The position numbers were made by a program, and so were the translations under genes. From Promethearchaeia archaeon (GTDB lineage Archaea; Asgardarchaeota; Lokiarchaeia; Sigyniarchaeales; SOKP01), in NCBI GenBank assembly GCA_029856155.1, contig JAHQWL010000023.1:96001-160000 (forward strand): a DNA stretch of 64,000 bases. The letters run 5' to 3'. Positions 57,374 to 64,000 of this stretch are shown here, piece by piece. Positions within the stretch are counted from its first letter, which is position 1, and every line of letters starts with the position of its first letter. Below the pieces are notes generated by a model. It had not been told where the DNA came from. It was given only the letters and a program-made list of their open reading frames with translations, and did no database searches.

Positions 57374-60300
57374 TTATTCTTTGCTCTTTCCTAATAAATC
57401 TAAAACCTTTTTCCTTCTCTCTTCTCTTCGTGCTTTGATTCTTTTTCTAAGTTTTTCCATTTCGTCTTCAGTTGGTTCCTTTTTACCCTTAACTAATTCT
57501 TTAATTGGTTTCTTACTGACTCTAGCTTTTAGTTCATTAATTTTATTATCAATTTCTTTAATGAAATTTTTTCCTATTTTTAGTTCTTTGAGTTGATACT
57601 TAGCTTCATTTAGTTCAGAAATGGCTTTCTTGAATTGACCATCAGCAAAAGATACATGAGCTTCGTCTAAAGCTTTATATGCAGACTCAAATTTTATATT
57701 CTCCAAATCATCGATTGAGATATCTGCAGTTATTAATGGAATTTGCGTTTCAGCTTTAATTTTATTAATTTGCTCAGTAATTCTCTCAAGTTCATCTGAT
57801 CTTTCTAATTTAGTCAATCTTTGGACTTCTTTTCTTATTATCATAATTCCCTCATTATACCTGAAACTATCGATTAATCTATTTGCTTTATCCAATTTAA
57901 TAGAGATCTTTCTATCAAGTTCTTCTTTCGCAAGTTTACGCTTCTCTTCTTTTTTTCTCTTTTCAAGTTTTTTATGTTCTCTCTTTGTTTCTTCCTTTAA
58001 TATTGCCATTTCTTTTTCTTCTTCAATTTTTTTAATTTTAATATCTTCATAAATCTCAGCTTGCTTTTGTTCCCTTTTAAGTTTGAAAAGAAGTTCATTA
58101 TTTATTCGTGAAACTTCTCGTTGCCAAGATACTTTTTCGAATAATTCTCGAGCAGCGATATATTTCTCATACGCCTCAGTGAATTTACTACGATCCATTA
58201 ATGCTGTACCTTCTTCTAAAAGTTCATATGCTTCTTCAGATATTTGTCGTTCCTGTTCTTTTTCTCTCTGAATTTTTAGAAACTCTTTTCTTTTCTCTTC
58301 TTGTTGCTGCTTTTTTATAATTTGAGCCTCAGCTAATTTTTCTTCTAATTTTTCTTCAATAATTAGTTTTTCAGCTTTCCTTTTTTCGATAGCTTCTTGT
58401 TCAAGCTCAAACGCCTTTTTCTTATTACTAATCATTGTAATTGAATCTCGGACCATATTAATTCCTTCTTGCCATTCCAAATCTGAAAATATTTTTTCAC
58501 TATCTTTGTAAATTTCAATGGCATTTTCAAAATGATCTTGTCTTAATTCACGTTTAGCCTGATCCATTAAACGAAATGCTTTATCTTTTTGGGTTTCAAA
58601 TTGGGCCACTCGTTCTTTTTTTAAATGTAAAGTTTCTTTTCGCTTTTTTAATAATTTTTCTTGCTCAACTCTTGCTTGTTCTAATAATTTTTGTTGAAGC
58701 GTTAATTCTTCTTCTCGTTTTTTAACTTTTTCGCCTTCTAAAGCACGTATATTATTGTCTTTTCCTAATCTTTCCTTGTAAAACTTAATTGTCTCGATTA
58801 ATTTAACTGATTCTTCTTTCCAGTCAAGTTTTTCAAATTGCTTCCGTGCGTCGCGATAAATTTCAATAATTTTTTCGTAAGGTGCTTCAAAATCAAAAAC
58901 ACCACCTTTAATTTTTAGTTCGTATTCCTGAGCCATTCTCTCAGCATTCTCAATCATATTAAAAATTCCCGCCGTAATTTTATCAGATTCTTTCTCTTTT
59001 TGTTGAATTTCTAATAATCTTTTTTGTCTTTCAAGAAAATCCTTATCATTATCAAAATCAGAGGCTGCTAATCCAATTTCTGGCTTTTCTAATTTCTTTT
59101 TTTCGAGAATTCTTAAATTGTCATCATTATCTTTTTTATCTTTATAAAATTTAATTGTATTAATTAAACGATTAGCTTCATCATTCCAACCAATTTTCTG
59201 GAATATTTCTCGTGCTTGTTCATAATTAGATATTGCTTTTTCATAAGGACTTTCATATACTAAAATATCTTTTCTAATGCTTAATTCATAACTTTTAACT
59301 TCTTTTTCGGTTTCATCGATAAGATTCATTGCATTGTCTAATAAAACATCTTCTTCTTTTTCAGTTTCAAGTTCTTCTATTTTTTCTGGTTTAAATGGTT
59401 TAACTTCTTTTTTACCTGCTTTTTGCAACTCTTCTAGTTCTTTTTCTCTTTGGGCTTTCTGAGCTTCAACCACGAGTAGCTTTTGATGTTTCTCTAATTT
59501 CTCCTGATAAATTTTAATCTGGTTAGCAAAGACTTCTGCTTGATCTTTCCATCCTCTTGCATAGACTTTTTCTCGTATTTCTTTATATATTTCTATTATC
59601 TCTAGATATGGTGTACTCTCTATTATTTCCCCTTTTTTAATAGTTTTTTTCATGACTGAATCAAATTCTCTTTCAAGTTTCTCTGCTTTGTTGACCTCTT
59701 CTGTAATATATTTTTGAAATTCTTTTTCTTCCTTTTTTCTATCAATAATTGCTGGTTTTTTACGATCTTTTCCAATTTCTCTTTCCATTTTATGCATTTC
59801 TTCGATATCTTGTCCTCTCTGAGCTTTCTGAGCTTCAACTTCGAGTAGATTTTGATGTTTCTCTAATTTCTCTTGATAAATTTTAATCTGGTTAGCAAAG
59901 ACTTCTGCTTGGTCTTTCCATCCCCTCGCATAGACTTTTTCTCGTATTTCTTTATATATTTCTATTATCTCTAGATATGGTGTACTCTCTATTACTTCTC
60001 CTTGTCTATAAGCCTTTCTCAAAGCCATTTCATGGTCACGTACCATTTTTTCGGCTCTGTTTATACTTTCATTAACATAATTTTCAAAATCTTCTTCTTC
60101 CTTTTTCTCCTCAATAACTGCTGGTTTTCTACGATCTTTTCCAATTTCTCTTTCCATTTTATGCATTTCTTCGATATCTTGTCCTCTCTGAGCTTTCTGA
60201 GCTTCAACTTCGAGTAGATTTTGATGTTTCTCTAATTTCTCTTGATAAATTTTAATCTGGTTAGCAAAGACTTCTGCTTGGTCTTTCCATCCTCTCGCAT

Positions 60301-63300
60301 ATACTTTTTCTCGTATTTCTTTATATATTTCTATTATCTCTAGATATGGTGTACTCTTTATTACTTCTCCTTGTCTATAAGCCTTTCTCAAAGCCATTTC
60401 GTAGTCGCGTACCATTTTTTCGGCTCTGTTTATACTTTCATTAACATAATTTTCAAAATCTTCTTCTTCCTTTTTCTCCTCAATAATTGCTGGTTTTTTA
60501 CGATCTTTTTCAATTTGTCTTTCCATTTTATGCATTTCTTCGATATCTTGTCCTCTCTGAGCTTTCTGAGCTTCAACTTCGAGTAGCTTTTGATGTTTCT
60601 CTAATTTCTCTTGATAAATTTTAATCTGATTTGCAAAGACTTCTGCTTGGTCTTTCCATCCTCTTGCATAGACTTTTTCTCGTATTTCTTTATATATTTC
60701 TATTATCTCTAGATATGGTGTACTCTCTATTACTTCTCCTTTTTTAACAGCTTTTTTCATAACTGAATCAAATTCTCTTTCAAGTTTCTCTGCTTTATTG
60801 ACTTCTTCTGTAATATATTTTTGAAATTCTTTTTCTTCCTTTTTTCTATCAATAACTGCTGGTTTTTTACGATCTTTTTCAATTTCTCTTTCCATTTTAT
60901 GCATTTCTTCGATATCTTGTCCTCTCTGAGCTTTCTGAGCTTCAACTTCGAGTAGATTTTGATGTTTCTCTAATTTCTCTTGATAAATTTTAATCTGATT
61001 TGCAAAAACTTCTGCTTGGTCTTTCCATCCCCTTGCATATACTTTTTCTCGTATATCTTTATACATCTCAATGACAACAGAATATGGTGTACTCTCTATT
61101 ACTTCTCCTTGTCTATAAGCCTTTCTCAAAGCCATTTCGTAGTCGCGTACCATTTTTTCAGCACTGTTGACATTATCGGATATATATTTTTCAAAATCTT
61201 CCTCTTCCTTTTTCCTTTCAATAGCTTTTAATCTTTCCTCATCTACTCCAATTTTTTTACCCATCTTATGCATTTCTTCAAGTGCTTTTTCCCTATGAGC
61301 CTTTTTTGCTTCTACTTCTCGTAATTTGTTATCATGCTCTAACTTTTGAGAGTAAAAAATTATTTGGGTACTATATGCTGCTGCTTCTTCTTCACGTCCC
61401 TTCTCAAGTAGCATTCGCTTTACTTTTTCATATATACCAATAATTTTCAAACAAGGGGGGTTTTCTGCTAATTTACCTTTTTTTATGGCTTTTTTCATTT
61501 CAGAATTATATTCACGAGCCATTTTTTCAGCTCGATTTACCATCGTATCGATAATAGAATCAAATTCTTCTTTTTCTTCTTCTATTCTTTTTTGTTCTTC
61601 TAGCAATTTTAATTTTTCAGCATCTAAACCTACAAGAAGTTCTTCTTTTTTGACTCTAAACGTTTCTTCGATCTCTTCCTGTTTTCTTGCTTTATCAGAT
61701 TCAATTTGTCTTAATCGATTATCCTTTTCCAACTTTTGTTTATGAGTATATATCTGACTTGAAAAGATTGTAACATCTGTATCCCATCCTCTCTCTGATG
61801 CCATCTGTAGAGCTTTTTCGTAAATATTGATAATTTCAGAATAAGGACATTTTAATTCAAATTTACCTTTTCTTAACGCTACCTCATACTCTCTTGCTAA
61901 ACGCTCTGCTCTTCTAGTCATTCCTTCAATTTGATTTCGGATATTCTGGATTTCTATTGCCTTTTGACGTTGCTCTTCTAAAACTCCTCGTTGTTCTTCA
62001 CTAATACCTGTTTCTATTTCTTCCTCCTTAACTTTCAATACTTCTTCAGTTTCTTTCTGTTTGCTTACCTTGTCAGCTTCGATTTGTCTTATTTTTTTAT
62101 CCTTTTCAAATTTTTGAATATAGACATCTATTGTATCATCATAAATCGCTGCTTCCTTGTTCCAACCCTTATCAATGAGTAATTCCTTTATGTTTTTATA
62201 AATTTCAATAACTTTAGGATATATACATTCCTCCACTATTTTTCCATCTTTGATAGCTCTCTGCATTTCTAGTTCATAATCATGTGCCATTCTAGCTGCT
62301 TCTGATACCATATTGTCAATTTGTGCTTTAAAGAACTCTTGTTCCATTTTTTGAAATTCTATTCCCTTCAATCTTTCTATTTGTGCAAGTTTTTCTTGTT
62401 CACTGACTTCTTCTACGTATTGATCAATCAGTTTTTCTTTCTCTAACTCGGTTTCAATTTTTTGCTCCATCTCTACTCTTTTTTTCTCAAGCTCTTTAAG
62501 ATGTCTAACTTTTTCTTTTTCTAATTGTTCTATAGTCTCTCGAATTCGTTTTGCTTCATATGTCCAGTTCAGTTCTTCAAATAAACTTACACCTTCGGCA
62601 TATAATTCTATAGCTTGATCATATTCTTGCAATTTAGCCCTTTCTACCGCTTGATCCAATATTTCATATGCTTGAGTTGAAATCTCCTCCTCTCTCTTTT
62701 TAGCTTCAAGAAATTGTTCTAATTTTTTTTCTTTTTCCTGCTCTTCACTTAGTTGTGCGTCTATTTCCATACTAACATCTAGTTCTTCTTTCGTAACACT
62801 ACGTAAATATTCCGCTTTTTTATTATAGCATTCCTCAATCAATGAGAATAATCTTTCTATCTCCTCAGTTTTATTAAGATTTTCAAGTATATTCTCAGCT
62901 GTATCATATTTATCAAGAGCCTCCTCAAATTTACCCGAATTAGTTAATTGGTGGGCTTCCACAATTAATTGGTCTGCTTTACTGATCAAATCAGCTTCAA
63001 TCTTAGGCTCTTCGATTAATTCAGTTTCTTCGCTCACTTCGACTTCTTTAATTTCCTTGATCGCTTCGGGTTCCTCAATTATTTCAGCTTCTTCAATTAT
63101 TTCGGCTTCCTCAACAACTTCCACTTCTCTTTCCGGTTCAGCTTGGATTTCTCGGAATGATTTTTCTTTAAGTATATAAACTTCTGAAATTTTATCATTA
63201 ATGGCTTTAATTTCTTGTTCTCTATTAATTTGTGTATATAATCCGATTGCTTGACGTAAAATTTCAATACCATCATCATAATAATGCGACCCAATTAGAT

Positions 63301-63445
63301 TAATCGCATGCTCAACTAATTCATAAGCCTCAGAAGCAATTTCTTCTTCCATATTCATCATGTCAGAAAAAAATGCTTCTTTTGTAGGATCATATCCATC
63401 CTCATCGAATTCCTGGTCGAAATCTTCCTCCTTTTTCTCTTCCAT
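57374..63445 (-). CDS. Giant helical repeat protein (about 17 TPR/MIT-like three-helix units joined by E/K/R-rich helices); likely start ATG 63445
   Basis: Recurring A..L...A......Y..AI..Y..A...F....W..E....I pattern across ~2,020 aa. No TM segment or signal peptide seen. Confidence 0.85.
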   Translation of the reverse strand: MEEKKEEDFDQEFDEDGYDPTKEAFFSDMMNMEEEIASEAYELVEHAINLIGSHYYDDGIEILRQAIGLYTQINREQEIKAINDKISEVYILKEKSFREIQAEPEREVEVVEEAEIIEEAEIIEEPEAIKEIKEVEVSEETELIEEPKIEADLISKADQLIVEAHQLTNSGKFEEALDKYDTAENILENLNKTEEIERLFSLIEECYNKKAEYLRSVTKEELDVSMEIDAQLSEEQEKEKKLEQFLEAKKREEEISTQAYEILDQAVERAKLQEYDQAIELYAEGVSLFEELNWTYEAKRIRETIEQLEKEKVRHLKELEKKRVEMEQKIETELEKEKLIDQYVEEVSEQEKLAQIERLKGIEFQKMEQEFFKAQIDNMVSEAARMAHDYELEMQRAIKDGKIVEECIYPKVIEIYKNIKELLIDKGWNKEAAIYDDTIDVYIQKFEKDKKIRQIEADKVSKQKETEEVLKVKEEEIETGISEEQRGVLEEQRQKAIEIQNIRNQIEGMTRRAERLAREYEVALRKGKFELKCPYSEIINIYEKALQMASERGWDTDVTIFSSQIYTHKQKLEKDNRLRQIESDKARKQEEIEETFRVKKEELLVGLDAEKLKLLEEQKRIEEEKEEFDSIIDTMVNRAEKMAREYNSEMKKAIKKGKLAENPPCLKIIGIYEKVKRMLLEKGREEEAAAYSTQIIFYSQKLEHDNKLREVEAKKAHREKALEEMHKMGKKIGVDEERLKAIERKKEEEDFEKYISDNVNSAEKMVRDYEMALRKAYRQGEVIESTPYSVVIEMYKDIREKVYARGWKDQAEVFANQIKIYQEKLEKHQNLLEVEAQKAQRGQDIEEMHKMEREIEKDRKKPAVIDRKKEEKEFQKYITEEVNKAEKLEREFDSVMKKAVKKGEVIESTPYLEIIEIYKEIREKVYARGWKDQAEVFANQIKIYQEKLEKHQKLLEVEAQKAQRGQDIEEMHKMERQIEKDRKKPAIIEEKKEEEDFENYVNESINRAEKMVRDYEMALRKAYRQGEVIKSTPYLEIIEIYKEIREKVYARGWKDQAEVFANQIKIYQEKLEKHQNLLEVEAQKAQRGQDIEEMHKMEREIGKDRRKPAVIEEKKEEEDFENYVNESINRAEKMVRDHEMALRKAYRQGEVIESTPYLEIIEIYKEIREKVYARGWKDQAEVFANQIKIYQEKLEKHQNLLEVEAQKAQRGQDIEEMHKMEREIGKDRKKPAIIDRKKEEKEFQKYITEEVNKAEKLEREFDSVMKKTIKKGEIIESTPYLEIIEIYKEIREKVYARGWKDQAEVFANQIKIYQEKLEKHQKLLVVEAQKAQREKELEELQKAGKKEVKPFKPEKIEELETEKEEDVLLDNAMNLIDETEKEVKSYELSIRKDILVYESPYEKAISNYEQAREIFQKIGWNDEANRLINTIKFYKDKKDNDDNLRILEKKKLEKPEIGLAASDFDNDKDFLERQKRLLEIQQKEKESDKITAGIFNMIENAERMAQEYELKIKGGVFDFEAPYEKIIEIYRDARKQFEKLDWKEESVKLIETIKFYKERLGKDNNIRALEGEKVKKREEELTLQQKLLEQARVEQEKLLKKRKETLHLKKERVAQFETQKDKAFRLMDQAKRELRQDHFENAIEIYKDSEKIFSDLEWQEGINMVRDSITMISNKKKAFELEQEAIEKRKAEKLIIEEKLEEKLAEAQIIKKQQQEEKRKEFLKIQREKEQERQISEEAYELLEEGTALMDRSKFTEAYEKYIAARELFEKVSWQREVSRINNELLFKLKREQKQAEIYEDIKIKKIEEEKEMAILKEETKREHKKLEKRKKEEKRKLAKEELDRKISIKLDKANRLIDSFRYNEGIMIIRKEVQRLTKLERSDELERITEQINKIKAETQIPLITADISIDDLENIKFESAYKALDEAHVSFADGQFKKAISELNEAKYQLKELKIGKNFIKEIDNKINELKARVSKKPIKELVKGKKEPTEDEMEKLRKRIKARREERRKKVLDLLGKSKE
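59447..61207 (-). repeat. Five in-frame tandem 369-bp (123-aa) near-identical repeats
   Basis: Unit starts at 61207, 60838, 60469, 60100 and 59731. Shadow ORFs recur at offsets of 369 (60002/60371) and 1107 (59650/60757). Confidence 0.95.
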
Positions 63446-63568
63446 AAATCTCAACTTTTTTTTGGAGAATTAAGAATGAACTTACTAAACAAAAATCTTT
63501 CTACTATATTTCTATTACAAATTAGTTTTAATTTAAAAATCGTTTACCCAAAATAAATATTTAATCGA

Positions 63569-63961
63569 TCACAATTCAAATTTTCCTAGATTCTTATTAA
63601 GATAATCATCACAGATTTTCCCACCTTCAATGGTTAAACTCCACCCATTAGCATCTCTTTTTACAAGATTTAGATCTTCTGTGCTAGCTAAAATTGTATG
63701 TACTTCATCCTCACTTTTACGTATATTAAAATCAACTCTTAAACTAAATACAATTTCATCGATTGGTACAGGACCTCCAAGTTCATCTTCCATTACACCC
63801 AATGCTGCAATTATTTGATTCTGTTCAACCATACCTGCATCCATAGTATTTGAAACTTCATCAAGAAGCCAAGGATTCTTATCTAACATCTTTTTTATTG
63901 CTTTTTCATTACCATCCTTAAAAAGTTTATCGAACTCTTCTCTAATCTTCTTCTTAGCCAT
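63569..63961 (-). CDS. Winged-helix-like hypothetical protein
   Basis: PVPIDEIVFSL...SEDEVHTILAS..LNLVK...GWSLTIEG. Confidence 0.7.
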   Translation of the reverse strand: MAKKKIREEFDKLFKDGNEKAIKKMLDKNPWLLDEVSNTMDAGMVEQNQIIAALGVMEDELGGPVPIDEIVFSLRVDFNIRKSEDEVHTILASTEDLNLVKRDANGWSLTIEGGKICDDYLNKNLGKFEL

Positions 63962-64000
63962 AAAAGTCGCCTATTTTTTCGTTGTATAAGAAAAATTCTA

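Noticed and set aside
59447-61207. CRISPR array or non-coding repeat
   Set aside because: The units are 369 bp, in frame within one ORF, with no unique spacers and no cas genes.
1-64000. tRNA, rRNA, IS elements, integrase or provirus
   Set aside because: No GC-rich structured stretch, transposase, integrase or viral hallmark was recognised by eye. A covariance-model scan would be needed to exclude small ncRNAs.

Overview
AT-rich (roughly 30% GC by eye), densely coding archaeal chromosomal segment, most consistent with an Asgard archaeon of the Lokiarchaeia/Promethearchaeota. The assignment is an inference from archaeal TFB and RFC genes, a tungsten-type AOR, an archaeosortase beside a PGF/Loki-CTERM-like tail, and a bacterial-type grpE-dnaK-dnaJ. 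I found no rRNA, tRNA, CRISPR array or transposase. Left to right: (1) a tightly packed minus-strand operon, padR - BtrH-like Cys protease fold - DUF3795 - SAM methyltransferase - uvrA-like - second uvrA-like (cut by the window edge); (2) membrane, transport and redox genes (alpha/beta hydrolase, MFS, NUDIX, two tandem 4Fe-4S paralogs, GH4, CPBP protease, AOR, pyk) mixed with decayed genes and an unannotated Zn-finger microprotein; (3) a surface-processing locus with a GT-C-like enzyme, an unusual multi-TM sortase substrate and an archaeosortase; (4) grpE-dnaK-dnaJ-tfb with a 14-bp inverted repeat at the predicted start site; (5) a FixC/FixX-like pair facing away from a GlcD/GlcF/GlcD-like - SCP2-like - CrtC-like lipid-handling cluster; (6) housekeeping enzymes; (7) a three-gene clamp-loader operon whose second small subunit has a degenerate ATP site but keeps the arginine finger, like eukaryotic Rfc5/RFC3; (8) a CdrS-like RHH regulator and a 2,026-aa protein of about 17 TPR/MIT-like three-helix units, five of which are near-identical 369-bp repeats. 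All family calls come from motif recognition by eye; no database searches were run.
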